This document shows positions 13,173 to 24,694 of a DNA stretch of 64,000 nt, in pieces. The DNA is from Kudoa neothunni (taxonomy: Eukaryota; Animalia; Cnidaria), in the NCBI GenBank assembly GCA_964304625.1, contig OZ199839.1, positions 1,092,180 through 1,156,179 of the forward strand. Direction: 5' to 3'. The first letter of the stretch is position 1. Every line of letters starts with the position of its first letter. Below the pieces are notes generated by a model, which saw only the letters and a list, made by a program, of their open reading frames with translations, searched no databases and was not told the origin of the DNA. The position numbers and the translations under genes are program-made.

Positions 13173-14661
13173 CTATTTGGAACGACGTAAAAATGCATCA
13201 AAGCATTCTTTTTGCGCATTTTCCGCCGAGACTTTAGGATTTTCACTTTGAGTGATCGCTCTTCCAATAATAATTATATCAGCACCATCATCGACAGCCA
13301 TTTGAGGAGTTCTGTATTGTTGTCCAAGTCCATCGGTTTTAGTTGGTGAGGACATTTTTGAATGGGCTGTTGAAGCAAGAGTTACACCAGGGGTATAATG
13401 TACAAAGTCTCCACTAGTATCCAATCTACTTTGGCAGACAAATCCAGACACAAAGTTGGGCCATTTTAACCCCAACTCTAAACAACTTTTTTTAAAACTT
13501 TCATTTAATAGATTTCCTTTGGAACTCATTTCAGCTAACAGTATACAAGCTGTTTCATGGTCTGCCACACGACCATCAAACAAGCCGTCTATTACACTAG
13601 GTCCAGATAAAACATGGGTATTGATCACATCAAAGTATTCGTTTATTTTAAAATGTCGGCATTGGTATTGAAGTTTCACAGTGGCTCCAATGTCAGCAAA
13701 CTTCCGATCTTCGAACAACAAAAAGTTGTATTTCTTAGAAAGAAATCTGAGCGATATCAAAAACTGTTCGTCAAAATTGTCAATCACATCTATGTGAGTC
13801 TTGAGCAAACAAATATGAGGTCCAACCTACAACCAATAACCAAAGGAAACCATCCAAATATTTTACTTGTTCCGCCATTTTCAAAACACTATTAGAGTCA
13901 GTCATATCAACAGCAACACATAGATTAGATTGTTTTTCGAGCATAATCTTCATAAGTTTTTTGTTAAAAATGCAGCCAGTAGATTGTATGCGGTCCTCTA
14001 GTTTGTTGTATGAGGTGTTTATGGGGGTGGACAAAAACTGAAGATCATTAACAACTTGATTATATTTGAAGAAATCCACGCATTGGTCGTAGCATCCTTT
14101 ATCGATAATTTTCATTTCAAAAGCTTTGTTCAGGAAATAATCCACCTTTATCAACGAATAAACTTCAATATTAGCATTCACAAGGTTTTGGTTGCCGCCT
14201 TGCTGTCTATCAAGCAGCACCACCACTCCATTCACCACAATGCCAAGACTACGCAACGCCTTCGCAGTTTCATACACACTCAAACCACTAGTAATCACAT
14301 CCTCAACGATAAGACATTTAAACCCAGGCTCGTACACACCTTCAACCAAATTTCCAGTTCCATATGTTTTGGCTTCTTTCCTTTTCATCAACATTGGTAT
14401 GTCATTCATTGTCGAAATTGTACTTGCGATTGGGAGTGCTGTGAATGGCACCCCACATATACAATCCAATGACTTTGGCTCAATGTTTTTCTCAACTAAT
14501 TTCCACATTTCCTCCGCCACATTACGCAACAAATCTGGGTAGGAAATTATGCATCGGAAATCAAAATATATCGGCGATATTAAACCACTCTTCAATTTAA
14601 ATATTCCAAACTTTATGGCATTCACCTCACACAATCTAGTCAACAGTTCCTCGCTTACCAT
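13173..14661 (-). CDS. UMPS: Bifunctional UMP synthase (OPRT + OMP decarboxylase); exons 14661-13867 and 13826-13173, 482 aa
   Basis: OPRT motifs FKLKSGLISPIYFDFR, RKEAKTYG and LIVEDVITSG. ODC motifs LCVAVD, LKTHID, FEDRKFADIGATV, TPGV, DGLGQQY and IIIGRAI. A 40-nt GT-AG intron (13827-13866) joins MAEQ to VGPHICLLKTH. Confidence 0.97.
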
Positions 14662-15275
14662 CTGTTAGTTAACAAATGACCTAAAGTGCCGGCCAAATCC
14701 TTTGAATTATACACCACGTGAAGATTAATTTAATCCAGGTTAATTCTGCAGGAATAGCGCATTTTCTACATGTTTAAAACAAATTTTATGTTTACTTCAC
14801 TTAAAATATAGAGGAAAATTACATCCAATTAGATCCGATACACAGGCTATTAAAATTTTAATCCCCTCTGTGGAAGGTATTCAAATCCATGCATTAATTT
14901 TACTTAAGCTATTCTATTATGGCTGTAAATCCTATATTTATTAATATATAAATTTATATAGATATGAAAGGATAGTGTCTTTTATAATAGATATTTATGA
15001 AACCTAAAATAGCTTTAAAAAATGGAACAAATTCTTGTTTGTCATTATGATTTAAAACCCCCAAAATAATTTAGAAAATGGTGATATTATTGGTTTTAAA
15101 TCTATTTGACCGGATTAAGTGTTTTCAATCTTGAGATTATCTTCATATTCATGGAGACATTTATCTACATTGAACTTCAACAAATAATTAAGGGCGTTTT
15201 TAGCATTTCGAGCATAATTATAATATTCTTTTTTTTTCTAGACGCATCTTTATCATTTATATCTATTGTATATAT

Positions 15276-15592
15276 TAGTGGTGGCCAGACTTACTTAAAA
15301 TGGGTTCTTTTTCAAACTTCAAATTTTTTGGAGCCACTAGGAGTGAAAATTATATATCGGGGTTTGTAAAAATATTTATATTTTTCTAAAAGTTGTAATG
15401 AATAATGAATCAATGTTAAATTCATACGTTCGTATTCAAAATAACCACACGATCCTATGACTTTCAAAGTATCCAAATAACTTTATAAGTAAAATTTAAT
15501 GAAACGATAAATCAAGAATAAATCTTTCAAGGACCGCACTTCAACAATCAAGAGCCACATGCAGCTCACGAGCCAGTGTTTGGCCACCTCTG
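15276..15592. mobile_element. hAT (Charlie-type) MITE, 317 bp
   Basis: Imperfect TIRs TAGTGGTGGCCAGA...TTTGGCCACCTCTG, a subterminal GAGCCACATGCAGCTCACGAGCC palindrome, and an 8-bp TSD GTATATAT/TTATATAT (7/8). Confidence 0.8.
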
Positions 15593-16775
15593 TTATATAT
15601 CATAACTGTCACAGCATGTTACGATTGTTTTGATTACTTAAAAAATAATTTAATAATAGTTTTTTTCAGGAACATTCGTAATATATTCTCGGATAAAGTA
15701 CCAGCTGGATTGGTTTTCGAAATCTCATAGTGTGTGATTTTACTTTCTTTGAAACTCACGTAAACCATTTTTTATAATGCCGTTGAATTTTCCTCAGTTA
15801 CAAACTCCAACCAAACGTAATTTATATATCAAATTAAATTATTATTTTTAATTCAGAGTTAATGGTATGTTTCCACTTATCATACCGTTTTAATTTATAA
15901 AAAAATATTTAAGGTTTAAAAATAATAGATTTGTATTTCTCAATATACCATATCAAAGCATTCCTTGGTTATGTTGTTTCATTGTCTTTAGAATTGAAGC
16001 ATAGCTCATACTTTGCAGTTATCAGACAATTATAATATTTTAATAAATGTTATGATATAAAAAATTAAACATATGACCATATGTAATACTATTCTAATGA
16101 GAGATGACGAATATTTTGTACTGACGAAAAGTAAATAAATAGTCACGTTACTAATACAAATATGAATAAGATATAAAGAAAAAGCAGAGTTATTTGCTAC
16201 ATTCCTTATTTTTTAAAATTTGCGACTCGTATTTACGATACAAAAGTACGTACTGATATCATTTTAATTTAGTAAAATTGTTCTATAGAAAAGAATGAGT
16301 AAAGAAATTAATTTATGACACCTAGCACTTGATTCTGTAACGACGAGCCTTTTATGTTTGCATTAACCCAATTTAGAACAGTTATTTCATCCTATTCCAT
16401 GTCAAACATAGGGTCACAGATATTATTGAACTTCACCCAACTTCGTTCTATTTAAATTCAATGGTGCTGATGACCACTGCCTAGACAATTTTATTCGATC
16501 ATTTTTAACCATAAAAAAATGTAGTACTAAATTACAATCAAGAAAACATCATTTTAAATTACTTTTAATTTAGTAAATAAATTAAATGTAGGGGATATAA
16601 GAAGATGCTTACTATAACTTGTTTATAATTATTAGAAAAATATTTCATTTGTATATATACACGACGAATATAATACTTTTTTTAACACTATTGATATATG
16701 TAGGATTATCGGTTATATTGCCGTTTTCATTACCGAAATATTATAAACAATCCTATTCAAACTGGCTTAATAAAT

Positions 16776-19700
16776 ATGAGATCAACAATATGTATGATCG
16801 TGGTGGGGGCTATATCGTTATGTAAATATGAATATTTATTAATAGCTGATATCTTTTATAGACACCAATTGTGATTCTACCACAGAAACCCGGCCAACAG
16901 TAGCAACTGAAGCAAAAATGCTCTCCTACCAAATAATAAATGATGATGGTAATACTAAAAAATTAAAACTTACCTTAAGTGGTGCTGATTATGGGGAAAA
17001 CAAGCATTGCCTAATGAAGACGGAAGATAGTGGTCTAACGATGTTCACTGATATAAATTCCGTGTCCTGATACCGACACTGGCTATAGTAGCCAATGTGT
17101 AATTCCTTGCAACAGTGTTACGAATAAATTGGCATATGACAAACTATCTCCAAGAAACAAGTATATTTACGTTTTTGTTGACACCACTGCCCAACTAGCG
17201 GCAGAAGCTGCAGAAGCGGGGAAAATTAATGCTAAAGTTTTTGGATTCCAAATACGTATTTAACATTTTTACTGAGCAGAATTTCATAATCGTTTAGCAT
17301 TACTCGTAAACCCACAGGTCTCAATAACCAAATCAGATACACAGGGATTAAAATTTTCAACAACAACTTGTAATCCAGTAAAATGTCCTATTAAATACAA
17401 GCAAGTAAAATATAAAGACGAGACAGCTAGTTCTAATTGTGCCACTGCTAAAGATATTGATGTCGAATTCGACTTAATGATTCCATATTACGAAATGCAA
17501 TGTGAAAAATATCCAAGTTTCTTTTATAACATGCCAAACGCCTACATGAGAGGGGAAATCGATGTATTCAAACCTCAATATTACGTAGCCTTTAAATCCA
17601 ATACTGAGAAAACTAAATACAAAATTTCGTTTACAAATAATTTCCCTGCGGAAATATGCCGTTTCGGTATTAGAGACGCAACTCCAACACAGAAATCTGC
17701 ATATACGTATATCTGTGGAGCAGAAGGAAAGGAATGCTATGCACCTTGCGATAATGTCGAGTTAACTTTAACAGAAAGCAAGGCAATTGTCGATATTTCA
17801 ATCCAAACTAGACACCATAACATAAAAGCTACGGCTGAAAATTACGATGGATATCAACAAAATAAATTCGGTATGTTAAAGGATGAATGAATATTTTACA
17901 ATTTTATTTAGCAATTATTGAACCAGATGGTGGTATCTTGAAAAATATACAAACTGGTGTCACGTTGAACGCATCTCCTTTTAAATCGGGTGGTTCAACT
18001 CAATTTACCGCTTGCAAAATAAGACACTTCCCTGCTGATAAACCAAGACCAAATGCTAGGACAGTAACAAAAACAAATTGTGCAAATGACTCTCCTTGTT
18101 CAGAAAATTGTGGTAATGAGTTAACATTAAAGGGATTACTTGAAGGAAAACCTATAATGATTGAAATTGAACCTACTGGCATTAATAGTCCAGAAAATTA
18201 TAATGAATATTTATTTTTAAGGACTAGTAAATCACTTTTTTGGAAACTATGGATTATCTATTTGTATTAAGGCCCAAAACAAGACAAAGCTTTTAGAGAC
18301 ACAAATCCAACAGTAACAGAATCAACAATGGAAATAAAAGCATTAGCAGAAGCTGAAGATGCAGCTACAGACCAGCCTACATGTTCCTATTTAATAAGCA
18401 AAACTGAACAAAATAAATTCGTAGATGCTCATTGTATCGATAGCTACCCTTGCCGAGGGCATTGTAAGGAGTCTAAAACCATCATAAACCTGATTCCAGG
18501 ATCAACATACGACATCAAAGTCATTGCACACAAAGAATACGCGACGAAAACGTACACGGGGATAAAAACTAGTATTTCTATTGTCACGATGAATATTTAA
18601 TGATTTTGGTTAGATTTGGCAACTCTTACTCTCACATCAAGTTTCTTGGATAAAGGTTTCAAGGTAGTCGGTACCCTATCTACTCCTGATCCAGATGCAG
18701 AATGTGGATTTAAACTTCAGAGGAAGGATAAAACATTCAAGGAAGTTTTTATTTGCCCTCCACCTCCTAAAACTCCCAAAACAAGCGCTACTTCTACACT
18801 TTTAGAAGAAAAAATAAGTATTAATAATAAAGATTCATCTACTTCTGTTCAAAACGTGGCTCGATTATCTACAATAAATGAAATGAGGATTTTGAGAGCA
18901 GGAACCTCCGCCTCTGAATCATCTAATCCTAAATCACCATCGACAAATACTAACGTTAAATTTCCAGCATGCACACAACCGTATTTATGCAATAACATCG
19001 TCGTGAGCGAGGGTTATGAAGCAGATAAAGAGTATAAATTGTTAGTCACTGCTATAGGAAGATCCGCAGAAACAGTCATATCTATACCTAAAAGTATTAT
19101 TTTTATTACTGTCTTTTTGTTATTTATTCTAAATAATTAATATATTTCATAATTTTAATCATTTAATTCTTTAACATCAAAAATTACTTATTCAGTCATT
19201 TGCATTCTAAACTACTATAATATAGATCCATTATTCGTATCCAATGAGGACGTGAATAAACAAATAGTTGTAGTGATTGTGCGTGACGATAAAACATTAA
19301 AAGTTCAAACTACTCTACCTCAGGGTGTGGATGAAAATTCAAAATGCAAGTGGGAATTAATAAATTGGGATGATGTTGCTAAACCGTCTGTAAAAAAATG
19401 TATGGATGCCGGTCAGGATTGCACTACATTCCCATCTTGTAAGGATATCTCAATTTCGGATGTTGAAGATAGCAACGATTATCGTGTGAGAGTAATTCTT
19501 AGTACCGATGAGAACATTTTTGGAACTGCCATAATAAAAAGAGGTATTTCAAAATTTATAATATTTTTATAATTTTTAAAATTAAAACATAGGAGAGATC
19601 TCAAACAAATCAACGTAATTTCAAACATACATTATAATTTTTAAGTATTTTTTAGATCAAAGAATACAATGTAAACAATATTTAAGATATTTTAATAATT

Positions 19701-19793
19701 TTTCCATTTAGTATTATTGCAGTCGTGGTCCCAGTTGTGATAGCGATTATTGGAATAGGATTCTATTTCGGATATATGAAGAACAAAAATTAA
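16776..19793 (+). CDS. Paralog A: Cys-rich FN3-like repeat type I membrane protein, ~847 aa; exons 16776-16821, 16862-17255, 17298-17870, 17912-18226, 18272-18571, 18614-19093, 19226-19543, 19593-19614, 19656-19670, 19712-19793; one +1 frameshift near 17055
   Basis: Signal peptide MRSTICMIVVGAISLYTNC. Nine GT-AG introns (40, 42, 41, 45, 42, 132, 49, 41, 41 nt) join the ORF-track pieces in frame. FN3-type strand NLIPGSTYDIKVIA. TM IIAVVVPVVIAIIGIGFYFGY followed by MKNKN*. Colinear with paralogs B and C. Confidence 0.85.
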
Positions 19794-20500
19794 ATAAATA
19801 TGATTTTATTAGATGTAGGAGACTACATTTTTTTTATTATATAATTTAAATTAAATTATTCATTGGATATAATCGAGCAATTAATACAATATTATTCGCA
19901 AATATCATTTAACAAAGAATGTGCAATTCCCTTTTCCTGGTTAACGCACATGAAACCTAATGATAATCTATTTTTTTGATATGTATTATTATATTAAAAA
20001 ATATTCATATAATGCTTTTATTATATTTATTCTTATAAACTTTTTGATTGACTATTGAGTCATCACAACATAATCTTTCACAGTAAAACAATTTTTAAAG
20101 TTATTAAATTAAAAAGGTAATGAAATAAATACTAAAATCAGTAGAAGTGATTGCCTTTTAATCATCTAATAAAACATCGTTCACATACATCGACTATATG
20201 GAAATAAAAATTTTAGGTTCTCTCACACATTAACTCATTTTCCAATTTAATTATTTCATAGTTTTTATTATATACATTTTTTCTCAATATATTCAACCTA
20301 TGTAGGATTATCTAGGACATGCTACCGCTCCACTTTCAGAGCTTAATATTAGGAGAATGAAATCTCCAATATGTCACCCACTAGAGCCGCTTACATATCA
20401 AATTAACTTTATATTATTATCTTAGCAGCGCGGTTGTTAATTTAGTAAACGTGTTTCTATGACCGCATTTAATTTAAAAACTTAATCACATGTTATATGT

Positions 20501-20543
20501 CAGGGTTGCCAAAACTTCCAAGAACCACAGTTTGGCCACTCTG
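20501..20543. mobile_element. Minimal 43-bp hAT-type element (ends only)
   Basis: CAGGGTTGCCAAA...TTTGGCCACTCTG (11/13 inverted match), flanked by TTATATGT/TTATATTC (6/8 TSD). The right end resembles that of the MITE at 15276-15592. Confidence 0.55.
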
Positions 20544-21624
20544 TTATATTCAGAGAAAAGAAATTTATCCTGTAATTATGCTAAGTTACCGATACAACCC
20601 AATTCACGATGAGCAGAAAACAAAATTGGTAGAAATTTTAATATCAAAATATACATAAATAACCTTCTTAATTGTTACCAGTAAAAATTAACTTTTCTAT
20701 AATAAAGAATGCCACAAATTGAATAGTGTAAAACAGGCCAGGTAATCATGCTACATTAGATAGAAGGCCAGAATATGTATAAATCCTTTAGTTGTGATTA
20801 ATTTTTGATAGCACGTTTGGAAATTGATTTATTAATTGTATATTTTGATATTTTGTACCTTACACTTACTTTACAACACGAGAAAAATATAAGGAACGTT
20901 AGACATTTCTTGTGAGTAATTAACCAGTTTATATAATTGTTTATCTCAAAATTTATCCGGCTTAATTGATGTTGAATTTTATATTTTATGTTTTTAAATG
21001 ATGGTTCGGAATCGTAAAGAATAATAATTAAACGTTTTCATTTGTCTCACTAAATTATTATCTTCCATTCTGTAAAAACAAGTAGGACATTTTTGGGGGT
21101 AGGGTAATATTTTAATTTTTGTTTTGTTTTTTACACATTTTATTTAAGAAATGAGGATAATATTTAGTTAAATTCGTTTAATTTGTTATTAAGTTTCTTC
21201 ATGTGATATAAATATCGATTATAAGAATAAGGAAAAATATACATGTATTATCTAATACAAAAAATTAACTTAGTCATTAACCCCTCGCATGTCGGATGAG
21301 GAAAGGTCCCAGGAAAATTTTGGTCCCCGAACCGATCGTGGCTAATCACTGGTATAATATGTAAGTTTGAATGGCCCATTTTGTAAAAATCTGAATGGTA
21401 TGATTCTTAAATGCACCTTTTTTCTAATAATTAAGATTTGGGTATAAAAAATGATATAATTAAAACCTAGAATAATAATAATAATAATATGAACTTTATA
21501 ATTTTGTTTAATCAGCGAATAACGATCAAATGAAAAAAATAGTCCCTTTGTTAATAATCTTATCGTAAACTTGGTATAAATTGAAAATAATCTATAAATT
21601 CAAATTTTATTTGATGACTAAGGC

Positions 21625-24600
21625 CTAATTTTTCTTTTTGAAAACCATGAATCCGAATGCACTAACAATCAGAACTCCGGCAGCTGCCAAAACGATTATT
21701 CTAAAATAATTTTATTTGAATCAATCCAAACCTTTTAATCCATACATTATAAGGTTTTTAGAACTAAATAATAGATTATATGATTATTTAATAATAAAAA
21801 ACCTTGAACTGCTTTTTGGCACCTAATAATAATAATAATACCTTAAAGTATCATTAAGTATATCGAGTTTTACCTTGTTCAATTACAGCCTCGCCATAAA
21901 TTGAAGGATTTGTAGAGCTGTAAATAATCAAGTGATAGCTGTTACCGTCTACCACCCTCTTAATAGTAAAAGATTTGCATGATGGGTAAGTTCTGCATCC
22001 AGTACGACTTGGATTCATGCATTGTTTCACTATTGGCATCGACTTGACACTTGAATTACGTAATTCCCATTTACATTTCGAATTATCATTAAGACTAGAT
22101 GGAAGTGTGTTCTCTATATTGAATGACTCACCATCTCTTACTATTGTTATAAATATGGTTTTATCCTTTTCTGTTGGATTTCCTTTTGGAGCCGCTATTT
22201 CATTATGTTAATATTTTATATCGTCGAAAATATGAGTTACTGGCTACTAATGTGATTTCATTTGGTGAAGATTTTTCAACCGCAGTAATCAAAATCTTAT
22301 ATTCTTCTTTCGCATCATAATCATGGAATATAATTGAACTACATAATGGGGGCTTTGCACATGTGTTTGAACTTTGAGGAGCCGCCGTTGTAGTTGTTGT
22401 GTGGGTAGCAGTTTCTACAGCATTATTTGTTGGTACACCTCCAGCTCTCGCTATTTCTGATGTAATAACCATTGATTTATGCATATGAAGTTGAATGATG
22501 TCGGCTTTCAGTTGGCTAAAACTAGGTCTGGATTGACTAGGTATGTTCGTTTGAGTATTAGGGGCCGTCGGGGCAGTTGGTGTCTGGGGACCCTCACATG
22601 TATAAATATTATCAAACTTATTGTTTTTCTTAACTTGGATTGTATAATGACAGATGGCTTCTGGGACTTTTTTTTGACAACTGCGCATTCAACTCCAAAC
22701 CTCGTTCGGTATATTTTGGAGTTATCGTGAGGGTTGACAAATCTATTAGAAAATAATGTATTAATCATCTCAATAGTATACCTGTTAAAACATTTGCATA
22801 AAATATGTTCTCCGTAATCTTTGTCAGCAACAACTTTGATATCATAAGAAGTATTTGGCTCAAGATCAATGATAGTTATTGGTTCTCTACATCTTCCTCT
22901 GCAGGGGTTCGCCTCCGTGCATACAACAGCGTAAAATGTATTTTTTCCTGCTGGGCTTATGTAGTACTCACAGTTTGGTTCATGTTTCTTATTGTTTTCT
23001 GGGTTACCTCCAATAACCTTTAACGTGTGTTCGTTGAATCTGCTTTTTGTTGGGGCTGTTGTTTCGAAGGCTTTATCACTTTTTTTATCTTTATAAAAAT
23101 TATAACTTTGGTTTTGTTATAAATTATTTACTAGTTCTTATAAGTAGTTGTTCCTTCGAAAACTCGGGGGTCATTGATGCCAATAGGTTCAATTTCAATA
23201 ATATAAGGTTTCCCTGCAGATAGGCCCTCTAATCACTAACCTGTTTGCATTCTGTACCACATGTGGCCTTCTCACCATTATTATTGGTGCTACATTCAGG
23301 ACGGCGTAGGTTGACTCGGTTTAATTTTGTCTGCTGCGTAATTTTTTGAGAGCATGCATGAAGAAAAATTTAGTAACGCTGGGTAGCATCCGAGCTAAAT
23401 AATGCTCCATTCAATGATACACCCTCATTTGTAAAGTCGGACAATAATCCTACTTCAGTTTCAGTAATTACTAGAAAAAAAATTGAAATTTTATTACTCA
23501 CCACGTTAATACACAAATTTATTTACTAGAAAAAAAATTGAAATTTTATTACTCACCACGTTAATACCAAATTTATTTTGTTGAAATCCCTCAATATTTG
23601 GGGAGGCAGTTTTTGTAAGATCGTGTTGTTTGGTTTGAATTAAGACCTTTTATATTTCCTTTGCTTCGGTTACGATAAGTTCAGTATCCTTACATAATGT
23701 GTAACATTTTCCATCTGTATTTCCACATTTAGATTCGAATGGCTGACTATTTCCTTCAGTTTTCCCATCTTTAATACTGAAGACACAAATTTCAGACGAT
23801 AGCATTGAACCGGTGAATCTAACTACAACTTTTTTATCGTCCCCTATCTTTGTTGTCAAATAATACTGAGGCTCGTAAATAGAAATATTGTTCTTCATAT
23901 ATGTATTTGGCATATGATAAAAAAAACTGGGATAACTCTTACATCTCATCTCATAATGAGGTATTAACAAATCAAATTCCATAGAAATTGATTTAACTGT
24001 ATCACATGAACCTACTTTTGAACCATCATCGAACTTGGCATCTTTGTAAAAGATTGGGCAATCGACTGGAGTACAAGTTTTTGTTGAAAGCGTAATTTTC
24101 TTATCGCTACCGAGAGATATTGCTACTTGAGGATTTACCAGTAAGGCTAAATATAATTCATTAATCGAGTTTAATTACATATATGTGATTACGTGCAGCC
24201 AAACCAAACACTTTTCCGCCGGTTTTATGCGCAGTTCCTTGAAGATTTTGGGTTGTATCACCAACTTTTACGTAAATGTACTTAGTTCTTGGCGAAAGCA
24301 TGCCATAAGTAACCTGGCTATCTTGCTTGTTACAGTCGATAATGCACTTATTTTGTTGAGAGTCTTCTTTCCCAGGACAACCAGGAATTTCTTTAAATTC
24401 GGTTGATATTGGTGTTTCATTGTTGGCTATAATTTCTGCTTCGTTCGATCTCATTAGAAGACACTTTTTAGGAGCCACATATATTGAGCCACCAAGTGTA
24501 TGTTTGAATAGATAACTTTTAGTGGTAGAAGCAGGTGGAGGAGAAGTAGTAGTAATACTATCATAGACAATTTGGTACGATAATGTAGCTTCTGGTTCTG

Positions 24601-24694
24601 GGCTTGTGGCTTGAGATGCTTGATTCGCACTCACCAACAGTAATGCGTTTAATAAAACTAATATTATTGTAATTAATGGAATCATATTGGGCAT
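21625..24694 (-). CDS. Paralog B of the Cys-rich FN3-like membrane family; disrupted as assembled (in-frame TAA at 23650-23652, many indels ~22650-23400, duplicated intron); pseudogene or local consensus errors
   Basis: Signal peptide MPNMIPLITIILVLLNALLLVSA. Shared motifs LSYQI, LLVNPQV, FDLLIPHYEMRCKSYPSFFY, DLEPNTSYDIKVVA and SKCKWEL. TM IIVLAAAGVLIVSAFGFMVF followed by KKKN*. Confidence 0.75.
23468..23578. repeat. 55-bp tandem duplication spanning an entire 42-nt intron of paralog B
   Basis: Identical intron copies at 23471-23512 and 23526-23567 separated by 13 nt. Confidence 0.9.

Noticed and set aside
13456-14542. Plus-strand ORFs overlapping UMPS, and similar antisense ORFs over the other genes
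   Set aside because: These are antisense shadows of real coding sequence with no recognisable motifs.
21277-21345. Hammerhead ribozyme or piggyBac end (TTAACCCC...GGATGAG...GAAA)
   Set aside because: The core lacks the CTGANGA consensus and pairing stems, and no matching right-hand terminus was found.
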